NCBI GenBank assembly: GCA_937952265.1
Contig: CALFYW010000016.1
Coordinates: 13,086-77,085, forward strand
Source: an uncultured bacterium
GTDB taxonomy: Bacteria; Patescibacteriota; Minisyncoccia; Phycocordibacterales; GCA-2401445
DNA: 64,000 nucleotides
Reading direction: 5' to 3'
This document shows, piece after piece, positions 27,965-37,794 of the stretch. Position 1 is the stretch's first letter, and every line of letters begins with the position of its first letter. A program made the translations under genes and the position numbers. The notes beneath the pieces were generated by a model. It had not been told where the DNA came from and made no database searches. It saw only the letters and a list, made by a program, of their open reading frames with translations.

Positions 27965-30406
27965 TCAAGATACCCGCTTTTTCTCTTCCACGACAATATT
28001 AACCAACCGTTCTGGAACATAAATCTCTCGTTGAATCTCTAACCCGTGAATACGTCTCTTTATTTCCGGAATTGCTTTCGCGGCATCAATGATCTTCTGT
28101 TTATCTTCTTTAAGAGGTACCGTAAATGATGCCCTCGTTCTTCCATTTACCTGCACCACAATCATCATTTCATCTGTTAAAAACTTTCCCTCATCGAATG
28201 ATGGCCATGGTGCCGTATGCACGCTCGTCTTTTCACCTCCATGGGTATGCCACAATTCTTCCGCAAGATAGGGCATAAAAGGGGCAACGAGACGAAAGAG
28301 GACGCGCTTTCCTTCAAGGCTCACCACTTTGCTTCGTTCGATTTCATTACAGAGGATCATTAGTGTAGAGATCGCTGTATTAAATCGAAACTGCTGAATA
28401 TCTTCTCCCACCTTTTTTATACTCTGGTGTAAAAGCGAATCTAATTTTGGATCAAGCGATTCCGTAATGCTGAGGTTACCGATTCGCCACACCTTTTCAA
28501 CAAATCGACGAGCACCAATAATGCTCTCCGTGCTCCACGCAGTATTCTGATCAAATGGACCCATAAACATTTCATAGACTCGAAGCGTGTCAGCTCCGTA
28601 GGTATCAACTACTTCATCAGGGTTTACGACATTACCATATCGTTTACTCATCTTCTTTCCGTCTGAAGCCAAGATCAAACCGACATGTTGCAGTCGAGAA
28701 AAGGGCTCCGGAGTATGCACTACTCCTATGTCAAATAATACCTTGTGCCAGAATCGAGCATAAATAAGATGACGTGTTGCATGCTCAGCACCACCAACAT
28801 AGAGATCGACAGGATCCCAATATTTTTCTCGATCTGAAGAGACTAATGCATCGTGGTTATGCGGATCCATATACCGCAAGTAATACCAGGAGGAACCAGC
28901 CCATTGTGGCATGGTGTTAGTTTCTCGTCTTCCACGACCACCACAGGATGGACAGGTGGTGTTAACCCAAGAAGGAATACCTGCAAGCGGAGATTCCCCC
29001 GTGCCTGTTGGCTCATAGGAGGAAACATCGGGTAAAACTACCGGTAAATCTTTTTCAGGAACCGGCACCGCACCACAAGACTCACAGTGAATAATCGGGA
29101 TGGGTTCACCCCAATAACGTTGTCGCGAAAATACCCAATCTCGAAGACGATACACTGTTTTCTTTTCTGCGATCTTCTGCCTAATAAGATAGTTGATAAT
29201 GTCAGCGCGAACACTCCCTGCCTGCTTCCCTTTAAATTGAGCTGGCTCATCGAGTACCCCTTCCTTCATGTCAGTAAAACAAACCTCAAGTGACGCTACC
29301 TTTTTTCTCTCCTCTTCATCGCGCGGAAAAAGTACTGGCTTTAGAGGAATATCGTACTTTTTAGCAAAGGCAAAATCACGCTCATCATGGCACGAGGCTT
29401 TGACGATTCCGGTGCCATAATCAGCAAGCGCGTAATTAGCAATCCAGATTGGGAGATCTCCGTTCCCGACCGGATCAACAATGTACGCACCCGTAAACAT
29501 TCCTTCGGGTTGAACCGCTTCGCGACTTTGAGATCGTTTTACCACTAATTGCTTCGCATACGTAAGTATCTCATCTTTATTTGAAGATTTCGCCACCAAC
29601 TTCTCTAACAGTGGGTGATCAGGAGCAATAACCACAAACGTATCGGCACAAAACGCCTCAAAATGGGCGGAAAAAGTCTGGATCACGAGGTCGCTTCCTT
29701 TTACGGGAGCAGAAAAGAGCATTCCCTCTGATTTACCGATCCAGTTTCGCTGACTTTCTTTAATTGATTCTGGCCAATGAAGTTGCGCGAGGTCATCCAA
29801 GAGGCGTTCAGCATAATCGGTAATACGTAACACCCATTGCGGTAGACTTCTTTTTTCAACTACACTCCCGCATCGCTCACAAGTATTCCCCTCAAGATCC
29901 TCATTCGCCAATCCGGTCTTACATGATGGACACCAATTTATCGGTTCATTCGATTGATACGCAAGCCCTTTTTCAAACAGTTTTAAAAAGATCCATTGTG
30001 TCCAACGATAATACGATGGATCAGTGGTATTAATTTCGCGACTCCAATCATAACTAAGACCTAATTGTGATAACTGACTTTTGTATCGAGCAATATTTTT
30101 CTCAACAGCGATTCGAGGATGCACTTTATGCTTAAGCGCGTAATTCTCTGCGGGCAACCCAAACGCATCCCAACCCATAGGATGCAGTACCGATTTCCCC
30201 GACATGCGTTCAAAACGCGCGTAAATATCAGAAGCAATATACCCTTTTGGATGTCCTACATGGAGCCCTTCCCCTGAAGGGTACGGGAACATATCGAGCA
30301 CAAAGCATTTCCGCTGATTCTTGTTTTCTGAAGTTTGATAAAGACCTTCATCATCCCATACACGTTGCCACTTTTTTTCAATCTTACGATGATCGTATTG
30401 TTTCAT
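27965..30406 (-). CDS. leuS: Leucine--tRNA ligase
   Basis: MFPYPSG.GLHVGH, MGWDAFGLPAE, SRQRYWGEPIP, KMSKR. Confidence 0.97.
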   Translation of the reverse strand: MKQYDHRKIEKKWQRVWDDEGLYQTSENKNQRKCFVLDMFPYPSGEGLHVGHPKGYIASDIYARFERMSGKSVLHPMGWDAFGLPAENYALKHKVHPRIAVEKNIARYKSQLSQLGLSYDWSREINTTDPSYYRWTQWIFLKLFEKGLAYQSNEPINWCPSCKTGLANEDLEGNTCERCGSVVEKRSLPQWVLRITDYAERLLDDLAQLHWPESIKESQRNWIGKSEGMLFSAPVKGSDLVIQTFSAHFEAFCADTFVVIAPDHPLLEKLVAKSSNKDEILTYAKQLVVKRSQSREAVQPEGMFTGAYIVDPVGNGDLPIWIANYALADYGTGIVKASCHDERDFAFAKKYDIPLKPVLFPRDEEERKKVASLEVCFTDMKEGVLDEPAQFKGKQAGSVRADIINYLIRQKIAEKKTVYRLRDWVFSRQRYWGEPIPIIHCESCGAVPVPEKDLPVVLPDVSSYEPTGTGESPLAGIPSWVNTTCPSCGGRGRRETNTMPQWAGSSWYYLRYMDPHNHDALVSSDREKYWDPVDLYVGGAEHATRHLIYARFWHKVLFDIGVVHTPEPFSRLQHVGLILASDGKKMSKRYGNVVNPDEVVDTYGADTLRVYEMFMGPFDQNTAWSTESIIGARRFVEKVWRIGNLSITESLDPKLDSLLHQSIKKVGEDIQQFRFNTAISTLMILCNEIERSKVVSLEGKRVLFRLVAPFMPYLAEELWHTHGGEKTSVHTAPWPSFDEGKFLTDEMMIVVQVNGRTRASFTVPLKEDKQKIIDAAKAIPEIKRRIHGLEIQREIYVPERLVNIVVEEKKRVS

Positions 30407-30483
30407 TACGTTGCATCATACAATAAAAAAAACATTGCGACAAATAAGTCGAAATGTTTTTTACTCTTCAGTGGTGCAAAACA

Positions 30484-31458
30484 CTACTGAACGCGTTTCG
30501 GAAACAATTCAGGATCAATCGTTCGCTCAAAACAGGTTCGGCCTGCGCCGTGATTCCATATCCCATTCTGATTATTACCCACTACACCAAAGAGGGGCTC
30601 TCGATACGAGGGGGAACTCGAGGTATCCTCGCGCGCAAAGGTTGCGCATAATTCAAACGTTAATGGACCACGTACATAATATTCATACTCTTCCTTAGTT
30701 TCGGGATCCGTTGGGGTAACAAAACCGATAAGCGGATCTTCAACTTCTTCAAGGGTTTGTGGTAACACCTCTTTATGTTGCCAAAAAGAGACCACTGAGG
30801 ATTGGATATAGAGAAGATCTTGAATGCGCCGATTGTCAGCAAGTTGTTCACGTTGTGCTGTCGGGGAACCCACAATGAATAATCCTCCGATAATGGCAGC
30901 TAATACAAAGAATGCGCTTATCTTTGCAAACCTCCCTTGAATCACTTGTAACCGAGATACATCAGTAACTCGTAGTGCAAAAAGATAATTTCCAAATACC
31001 AGTGCGCCAAGAGCTAATACCGAAAATACTTTCAAAAGAAACTGGGTGGTTAACTCTCCTCCAAGGAAATAGTTAATGAGTACGATGAGATCAACCGCTA
31101 CCGTGCTACCTGCCAAAAAAAGAGTTAAAAATAGAAGCCATTTATAAACCCAAATTTCTCGCTTTGTCGGATTTGCTCGAATATTTTTTTGAATAATATG
31201 TGTGATAACAAGATATAACGGGAAAATAATTACGAGCGACGCGATCGCAAATCGAATACCCCCGGAATAAAAATTATTGCCCGTAAAGGTATCACTGTAA
31301 GCATAATTAATAATGCCGAAAATTAAAGTTAGGAAACTCGCAACACTCACATAGAGTGTAATGACCATACCAATATTAAGAAAAAAATCTTTTGGTGTGG
31401 TTTCAGGCACTGGCTTTGAATGATTCATATCCATGGTGGTTATCATACCATATCTCAC
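30484..31458 (-). CDS. DUF5671-like membrane protein
   Basis: PKDFFL, IRFAIASLVIIFP, GELT..F.LK, GSP, DPET...YEY, FELCATF; start uncertain. Confidence 0.7.
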   Translation of the reverse strand: MRYGMITTMDMNHSKPVPETTPKDFFLNIGMVITLYVSVASFLTLIFGIINYAYSDTFTGNNFYSGGIRFAIASLVIIFPLYLVITHIIQKNIRANPTKREIWVYKWLLFLTLFLAGSTVAVDLIVLINYFLGGELTTQFLLKVFSVLALGALVFGNYLFALRVTDVSRLQVIQGRFAKISAFFVLAAIIGGLFIVGSPTAQREQLADNRRIQDLLYIQSSVVSFWQHKEVLPQTLEEVEDPLIGFVTPTDPETKEEYEYYVRGPLTFELCATFAREDTSSSPSYREPLFGVVGNNQNGIWNHGAGRTCFERTIDPELFPKRVQ

Positions 31459-31482
31459 CCGAGAAATGGTAGCGATCTTCTA

Positions 31483-32598
31483 CTAAATTCGAAACTCCAT
31501 CACGTCACCGTCAACTACCACATACGTTTTCCCTTCAGTTCGAATGGCTCCATTCTCGCGTGCAACCTGAAATGACCCTGCTTTAATGAGCGCGTGCCAC
31601 GGAATAACCTCTGCTCGAATAAACTTATCACGAAAATCAGAATGGATTGCGGATCCTGCAACTGGTGCGGTAGATCCTCTCACGATTGTCCACGCCCTGC
31701 TTTCATCTTCACCGGTAGTAAAAAAAGTGATGAGGTTCAATAATTCATACCCTTTTTGTATTAAGAGATCGACACCATCATCGGAAACGGTAAGATCCTT
31801 ACGAAATGATTCGCGTTCCTCGTAAGAATAATCTTTTAATTCATGCGCGATGTGCGCATCTACCTTTACCCATAGAGACCCCTCTTTCTCCATTTTAGCC
31901 AACAGCTGTTGGTAACGAATGTCATTCATTTCATCAAGATTCTTTCCTCCACTTTTTTTATTCAACACATACAATAGAGGCTTCCTGCTCAACAGGTGAA
32001 GATCAGCGATCATCTTTTCCTCTTCTTCTGAAAAAGAGAGTGCGCGAGCAGGCTCTCCTTTTGAGAGGACAGATTCAATTCGATCAAGAAGCGTGTCGAG
32101 TATTTTTGCATTTTTTTCACCACGCTTTACCTCGCGCGTGATATGCGCACGACGCTTCTTAATCGTTTCGAGATCTGCAAAAATAAGCTCAAGAGAAATC
32201 GTTTCAATGTCACTAACGGGATCAATCCGGCCTCCAACATGCACTACGTTATCATCCTCAAAAATACGAACCACCTCGGCAATGGCATCTACTTCTCGAA
32301 TATGGGAGAGGAATTGATTCCCCAATCCTTCACCTTCTGCGGCACCTTTTACTAAACCCGCGATATCTACAAACTCGACAACTGCCGGTATCGTTTTCGA
32401 AGAACGGCTCAATTGAGAAAGCTCGAAAAGTCGATCATCTGGCACAGGGACTACCCCAACCGATGGATCGATAGTACAGAAAGGATAATTCTCAGCGGGC
32501 ACCGATTTTTTAGTCAGCGCATTAAAGAGCGTTGACTTCCCAACATTTGGCAAACCCACAATACCTATTGATAAATGCATGGGCACATCGTAGCGCAC
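31483..32598 (-). CDS. ychF: Redox-regulated ATPase YchF
   Basis: GLPNVGKSTLFNALT, NYPFCTIDP, DIAGLV, TGS domain. Confidence 0.97.
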   Translation of the reverse strand: MRYDVPMHLSIGIVGLPNVGKSTLFNALTKKSVPAENYPFCTIDPSVGVVPVPDDRLFELSQLSRSSKTIPAVVEFVDIAGLVKGAAEGEGLGNQFLSHIREVDAIAEVVRIFEDDNVVHVGGRIDPVSDIETISLELIFADLETIKKRRAHITREVKRGEKNAKILDTLLDRIESVLSKGEPARALSFSEEEEKMIADLHLLSRKPLLYVLNKKSGGKNLDEMNDIRYQQLLAKMEKEGSLWVKVDAHIAHELKDYSYEERESFRKDLTVSDDGVDLLIQKGYELLNLITFFTTGEDESRAWTIVRGSTAPVAGSAIHSDFRDKFIRAEVIPWHALIKAGSFQVARENGAIRTEGKTYVVVDGDVMEFRI

Positions 32599-32666
32599 TC
32601 ATAAGAAAAGAACAAATGAAAAACCCCTCATATTGAGGGGGTGACACCGCGCGGATTTTTAAAAAA

Positions 32667-32879
32667 TCATGCTCGCCTTAAAGACGTTTCAGATACCGTA
32701 ATATGCGCTTCTCGGTTATGAGATTGGATCGGATCAGAATGTGGGTGACGATCAAGTCTAATCGTAATTATTGGATCACCATCAAGCGGCTGATAGACCA
32801 CTGCAACAACACCTGTGTGGCCTCGCCACATCCCTCCAATGATTTCTACTCTATCACCAGTATCAATAGTTTTTTTCAT
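32667..32879 (-). CDS. Small KOW-motif protein
   Basis: GDRVEIIGG.WRG.TG.V; GGAG upstream; terminator-like hairpin near 32619-32642. Confidence 0.6.
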   Translation of the reverse strand: MKKTIDTGDRVEIIGGMWRGHTGVVAVVYQPLDGDPIITIRLDRHPHSDPIQSHNREAHITVSETSLRRA

Positions 32880-32938
32880 TCAGGATATTCTCCAAAAAAG
32901 GTTTGTGATTGAGACTAATACTTTCTCTAGTATACTCT

Positions 32939-33523
32939 TTACTTCCCTTTTTTTCCAAGACGGTACACTTTTTCTGCCAACCTCTGTTTCTTTGCTTCAG
33001 AAGCATTTTTAATTCCCCCAATACGAAGAATTCGAACCGGCGAAAAACCAGCAAAACGCAAAATACCCCGTTTAATTTCATTCGTGGTATCCCCGAATAA
33101 AACCCAGAGCATGAACGCTGGTGAATCAGAGGTAACAATCACCCGCGCGCTTCTGCCTTTGAGGAGCCGCTTCCATCCCAAACCATTTTTATTAAAATGA
33201 AACGCAAAACCGGGAAGCCACGCACGATCAAAAAAACCTTTTAATAACGCGGGCATGGTTGAGAACCATGTTGGATAGAGTATGACGACATGATGGGCCC
33301 ATTTGATGGCTTCCTGTACACGAAGCAGATCAGGCTCGAGCTCCTGAATCACTTTATATCCCTTATGAAGGATAGGATCAAAATGCAAATCACCGATATT
33401 TATCCGCTGAACCTCAAAGCCCGCCTCCCGTGCTCCGCGCTCATACGCATCCGCAAATAACCCGCCTTTCGTTTCTTTATCTGGGTGCCCGAGAAAAATA
33501 AAAATGTTCTTTTTTTCCACCAT
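32939..33523 (-). CDS. NAD(P)H-dependent oxidoreductase, flavodoxin-like fold
   Basis: GHP, LEPDL, YPTW..MPALLKGFFDR..PGFAF, LKGRSAR. Confidence 0.9.
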   Translation of the reverse strand: MVEKKNIFIFLGHPDKETKGGLFADAYERGAREAGFEVQRINIGDLHFDPILHKGYKVIQELEPDLLRVQEAIKWAHHVVILYPTWFSTMPALLKGFFDRAWLPGFAFHFNKNGLGWKRLLKGRSARVIVTSDSPAFMLWVLFGDTTNEIKRGILRFAGFSPVRILRIGGIKNASEAKKQRLAEKVYRLGKKGK

Positions 33524-33528
33524 GAAAA

Positions 33529-33756
33529 CTATGACATTAGTTTCTTGAGCTCCTCCTCATGTGCTCGCACGACTTCCATTGTTGCCGTCATCTGATCTTT
33601 TCCTGATTTCATTTTTTCCTCGACCTCACGCGCGATTCGCTCAAATAACGCGGGATCCTTCTGAATCAATGCAAGCATTTTCTCCTGCTCATCCTTAGGA
33701 ACCCCCTGCATACGAGCACTTACCATTTTTTTTAACAAAAAATTTTTTAATCCCAT
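33529..33756 (-). CDS. Small helical conserved hypothetical protein
   Basis: 75 aa; 5 nt upstream of the oxidoreductase; TATACT upstream. Confidence 0.7.
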   Translation of the reverse strand: MGLKNFLLKKMVSARMQGVPKDEQEKMLALIQKDPALFERIAREVEEKMKSGKDQMTATMEVVRAHEEELKKLMS

Positions 33757-33839
33757 ATGTGGTAAGTATAACTATCGAAGCAGTGATCCGCAACAAAAAA
33801 GACCCGGGGCTTGCGCCACAGGTCTTCGCATAATGCATA

Positions 33840-34133
33840 CTAGAGATAGATTCTTATCAAATCAAAAGAATCATCGTTGAAAAAGAGAATCTGCTCACAG
33901 TATCTGCGAGGTTCAACCGTAACTCGAATCTCGACAGTTGGTTGATCAATCAGTACCCACTGACTGTGTCCTGGCCGGATAATGAGTCGACTAACATTCG
34001 AAATAACAAATATCGTATGCTCTTCGTGTGCCACAACCTTTAAGATCAGACCACGAAGAATCGCGCCATTGTCGATCTCCACGGACTTTCCTTGTATCGC
34101 TGTTACATCAATCCCTTTCCACAGTGATGTCAC
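33840..34133 (-). CDS. Hypothetical protein
   Basis: 97 aa ORF, GTG start with GGGAGG upstream, hairpin downstream. Confidence 0.5.
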   Translation of the reverse strand: MTSLWKGIDVTAIQGKSVEIDNGAILRGLILKVVAHEEHTIFVISNVSRLIIRPGHSQWVLIDQPTVEIRVTVEPRRYCEQILFFNDDSFDLIRIYL

Positions 34134-34203
34134 TAAATCCTCCCGGTTAAGGTTCCATATTCAGTATAACACACCCACATAAGATCGAGCGCGCATAAAT
34201 ATC

Positions 34204-34869
34204 TTAAAACCAGAAAATAGGTTTTTTTCCGTGTTGCGCGAGGTATTCATTGGTCTGACTGAAATGTTTATTGCCAAAAAACCCATTGTGTGCCGAAAAA
34301 GGAGACGGATGGGATGATTCTAGGATACAGTGCTTACCTGGATCAATAAGCGCCCTTTTAGCACGCGCGTAATTTCCCCAGAGCAAAAAAACAATATTTT
34401 CTTTCTTTTCCGAAATTGCCTGTATCACCGTGTCCGTAAAATTCTCCCATCCTTTATGTTGGTGTGAGCCCGCGACATGGGCACGTACGGTAAGCGTTGC
34501 GTTCAAAAGAAGTACTCCTTGCCGTGCCCAATGCTCTAAGTTACCGTGTTTGGGAATTTCTCCGCCTACATCACTCTGTATCTCCTTATAGATATTTTGC
34601 AGAGAAGGAGGCACCTGTATGTTTTCAGGTACGGAAAAACAGAGTCCGTGTGCTTGCCCTACACCATGATATGGATCCTGTCCCAAAATGACGACGCGCA
34701 CCTGGTCAAACGGGCATAGAGAAAACGCATGAAATACAAACTGAGGTGGTGGATATACCTTCGTGGACAAAAACTCACTCCGTACAAAGGCGCGTAATTC
34801 TTTGAAGTAGTCCTTTTCAAATTCATCAGAAAGCACGGCTTTCCACGATGGTTCAATAGCAACCTCCAT
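34204..34869 (-). CDS. ung: Uracil-DNA glycosylase
   Basis: ILGQDPYH, PPSL.NI, GVLLLN, HPSP. Confidence 0.97.
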   Translation of the reverse strand: MEVAIEPSWKAVLSDEFEKDYFKELRAFVRSEFLSTKVYPPPQFVFHAFSLCPFDQVRVVILGQDPYHGVGQAHGLCFSVPENIQVPPSLQNIYKEIQSDVGGEIPKHGNLEHWARQGVLLLNATLTVRAHVAGSHQHKGWENFTDTVIQAISEKKENIVFLLWGNYARAKRALIDPGKHCILESSHPSPFSAHNGFFGNKHFSQTNEYLAQHGKKPIFWF

Positions 34870-34938
34870 GAAAAATATCATAGCACATGAGTATATTCCG
34901 TTGTTTAATACCCATCAATCTTTTTTCAAATTCAGAAT

Positions 34939-34992
34939 TGGTGGTGTTTGTTTGAAAAAGTTAGAACTCATTTCCGAGAAGGCAACGACTGA
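34939..34992 (+). pseudogene. Orphan C-terminal tail (WWCLFEKVRTHFREGND*), probable distal piece of a split recombinase gene
   Basis: Start-less frame beginning at the direct repeat, in phase with the frame at 39713-39826; recombinase identity is from my recollection of similar CPR C-termini, not verified. Confidence 0.5.
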
Positions 34993-34995
34993 CTC

Positions 34996-35247
34996 GCCCC
35001 GCCGCCCGCCTCCGCTAACGCTCCGGCGGCAACCTTGCAGAAACATTTTCTTTACAATTTTCTTTTTTGCGCGCGCCCCAGAAATTTTTTCAATTAAGGA
35101 AAAGAAAATGTTTCTGCTCGGTTCCGCCCGTGAAGTTTCCGGGCGGAGCGGCGGGGCTTCCACGCTCGGACGGCTCGGCATTCCTCCCCCAGACCCCCTC
35201 CTGCCGAGCCGTCCTCGCTTCGGGGCGGGAATTTTTTGCGGGGCTAC
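34996..35247 (+). repeat. Structured end element A
   Basis: Perfect stems 34996-35005/35148-35157, 35037-35053/35101-35117, 35123-35130/35140-35147, 35168-35180/35202-35214; ends in CGCTTCGGGGCGGGAATTTTTTGCGGGGCTAC. Confidence 0.85.
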
Positions 35248-36068
35248 TTATCCTGATTTGCCTCCTCATTCGGTTTATATTCTATTTTAAGTGGTAAATC
35301 AGTCATTGCATAGTGAACAAATTGCTGTCCGAGGTCTGTAAGTTCATACTTTTCCTCACGGTCAAATGCTGATTTCATCTCACGAGAAGCAACATAACCT
35401 TTTGGTCTTTTTTGTGGAGTATCTTTCAAGAACCGTCCATCATAAGTTTTTTGTCTGTGTTGGCGTATAATCCCTCCTGTGCTTAAATCTCGGAACAGCA
35501 ATTTGTACAAATCGGCATCTGCCGAATCTTCGCGCACGGTTTCTTTTCCAATTTTTTCCCACACTTCACCTCGCGAAATACCGCCACTATTGTAAATTGC
35601 TCCGATGACATGGAAATGTAGTTCGGAATAATCTTTTAACCAGTCGATAAATAGTCGCACCACATCATCACTTGTTAGGTCTGAGGCGGCGGCATTCGCG
35701 AGAATATTTCTGATGTACATCCTCTTTTCGTCGCTTTCTGCTCCCGACCATTCTCGAAATGTCTTTTTGAGTAAGGATTGATACTCCTTGCTTTCAATCC
35801 TTCTGGCAATTTCTTCATCGTGAATATCGAGCCGCGCCATTATTTCGAGAATGGTCTTTTCTTTCTCACGAATTTCGTCTTCAAGCATTTTAATCCAATG
35901 CTTGAAAAAATTATTAACCTTCTCTTGTTCTTTTTCTGACCATGCTCCCGCCGCCGCTGAAAACAAGCCACCAGCAAATGGGACGGCTCCCCCGACAACT
36001 TGCAAAGCACCCCGAACGATTTTCGGGGCACCGCCTTCCTTTGGTAATTTTTTATCTTCTTCCGCCAT
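35244..36068 (-). CDS. Hypothetical protein (last island cargo gene)
   Basis: 274 aa; Gly/Ala-rich N-terminal segment, helical core, possible C-terminal winged helix. Confidence 0.8.
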   Translation of the reverse strand: MAEEDKKLPKEGGAPKIVRGALQVVGGAVPFAGGLFSAAAGAWSEKEQEKVNNFFKHWIKMLEDEIREKEKTILEIMARLDIHDEEIARRIESKEYQSLLKKTFREWSGAESDEKRMYIRNILANAAASDLTSDDVVRLFIDWLKDYSELHFHVIGAIYNSGGISRGEVWEKIGKETVREDSADADLYKLLFRDLSTGGIIRQHRQKTYDGRFLKDTPQKRPKGYVASREMKSAFDREEKYELTDLGQQFVHYAMTDLPLKIEYKPNEEANQDK

Positions 36069-36072
36069 AGTT

Positions 36073-37002
36073 CTATTGCAAGCTATCGATATATATTGTT
36101 ACTTCATCATCAAATTCTCTCACCAAATCCATTGAGTAAATCACACCTAAACTTTCTGCTTCGTCAGAACTTACCAACGATGGAACACCAATCATACAGC
36201 CATGTCTATCAACAGCTAATCCGCCAGAGTTTCCATGACTAATTTTTGCAGAAGTTACTATCAAACCATCACCGGGGAAACTACTAACCACACCATCGGT
36301 TACTGTTAGAGAATATCCTCCACTGATTGCCGGGTATCCGAAAATACGGATTGGCTCACCAAGTTGTACATATTCATTTGTGCAACTTGTTGTATCATCA
36401 AAAGTTGGAAATTTACGCGGATATACCCCCGCATATTCTCCAGTTTCTTCATCGTAGTAAGCTGCGTAAATTTCCATGTACGCCAAATCGTAATTATCGC
36501 TAATGGTTGGCAATACAATCGGATTAGCTAAATAGATACCGTCTGGCTGTCCAGTTACAGGATCGGGCAGGACAACTAGACATCCCGTTTCATCTACGTG
36601 GAGATAAACCTCGTCCTGGGGAATTATGTGCGAGTTTGTGAGAATTAAGCCATCCTCGCTTATTATCGTGCCAGAACCGCCACTTGATTCATCTTCCGAC
36701 TCTGTGCTTGGGCAGAAGATATTTACAACGGACGCCGCGATTGAATTTTGATTGTATGACGTCGTGTGCGTTGCTGGATAATCGGTCGTGCTGTAGTCAG
36801 TTGAAGAATCATCGTAAACACCAATAACAATAAAGAAAGCTAATACTCCGAGTATAATTAAAATCGCTTTCAAATGATCTTTAATCCATTGAGAAAATCG
36901 TTCTCTAAAAATTGCGAACCGACTAAATTTTAATTCATGCCCACAGTTCTTGCAGAATCTCGTACCCAGTTTTATTTTTTGTCCGCAATTTTTACAAAAC
37001 AT
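36073..37002 (-). CDS. Zinc-ribbon + TM + trypsin-like serine protease
   Basis: MFCKNCG...FCKNCG, one TM, triad motifs LTNSH, YDLA, GNSGG. Confidence 0.9.
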   Translation of the reverse strand: MFCKNCGQKIKLGTRFCKNCGHELKFSRFAIFRERFSQWIKDHLKAILIILGVLAFFIVIGVYDDSSTDYSTTDYPATHTTSYNQNSIAASVVNIFCPSTESEDESSGGSGTIISEDGLILTNSHIIPQDEVYLHVDETGCLVVLPDPVTGQPDGIYLANPIVLPTISDNYDLAYMEIYAAYYDEETGEYAGVYPRKFPTFDDTTSCTNEYVQLGEPIRIFGYPAISGGYSLTVTDGVVSSFPGDGLIVTSAKISHGNSGGLAVDRHGCMIGVPSLVSSDEAESLGVIYSMDLVREFDDEVTIYIDSLQ

Positions 37003-37003
37003 G

Positions 37004-37793
37004 TTATGTTAATTTACTTCCGCAATGAGTGCAGAATTTTTGCCCTTCCTCAACAGGAGAACCGCAAGACCAACAGAAACTGCCTTTTGCATCATTATCG
37101 CCAACATCTTTCGTCCCTCCAGTAACTTCTGCAAGTTCTTTTTTCTTTGCAATAAGTTCGTTCTTAGTTTTTTCATCTATTCGTCCTTTTACTTGAAATA
37201 GGAAATTAAGAAAATCAGGAAGAACAACAACGTTCATTACATCCATTGAATATGCAGAAAATTCCTTGTATTTCTTTTTTTTGGTCATCGCGAAATACAT
37301 GCAATGCACCCTGTTGTAGAATTGAATTATAGTATTGATCCCAGGGCAAGAGCTCTGGGTCTCGCCAAAATCTCTTTTTTAGTAATCCCTGCGGAGTAAT
37401 AGTTAGTGAGTCAATCTTTAATTCTTTATCTTTTGCAAATTTTAGAAGTAAATTGATTACTACGTGCGGTTTTATAAGATTTTCTATAACCGCATAAAAT
37501 TTTGCAAAAAGTTCATCTTTCTCTTTCTCGGTCTTTCCTTTTCCAATAAAAAATGTTCCAGCAGAGAATTCTATTTTATGAGTCTTCCCATTTGCTTGAA
37601 TCTTTATATTGTACTTACTCGTTGAACCAGCAGGTACAAAGTAGACAGTAGTGGTTGTTCTTGTTAGCAGATAAGATATGCCCTCAATATCGGTATAGTT
37701 TATTCGTTCGCCTTTATATACAAGGTAGTGTTCATAAAACAAAAGAGTCTGACTCCTTGAAACATTTATAGCGATGATTGGTTCTTGTGCCAT
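37004..37793 (-). pseudogene. Frameshifted gene: beta-rich (PH-like?) protein with C-terminal zinc ribbon
   Basis: Two overlapping ORFs join in frame if one A is removed from the A8 tract at 37275-37282; ends FCWSCG...FCTHCG. Confidence 0.75.
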
Positions 37794-37794
37794 G

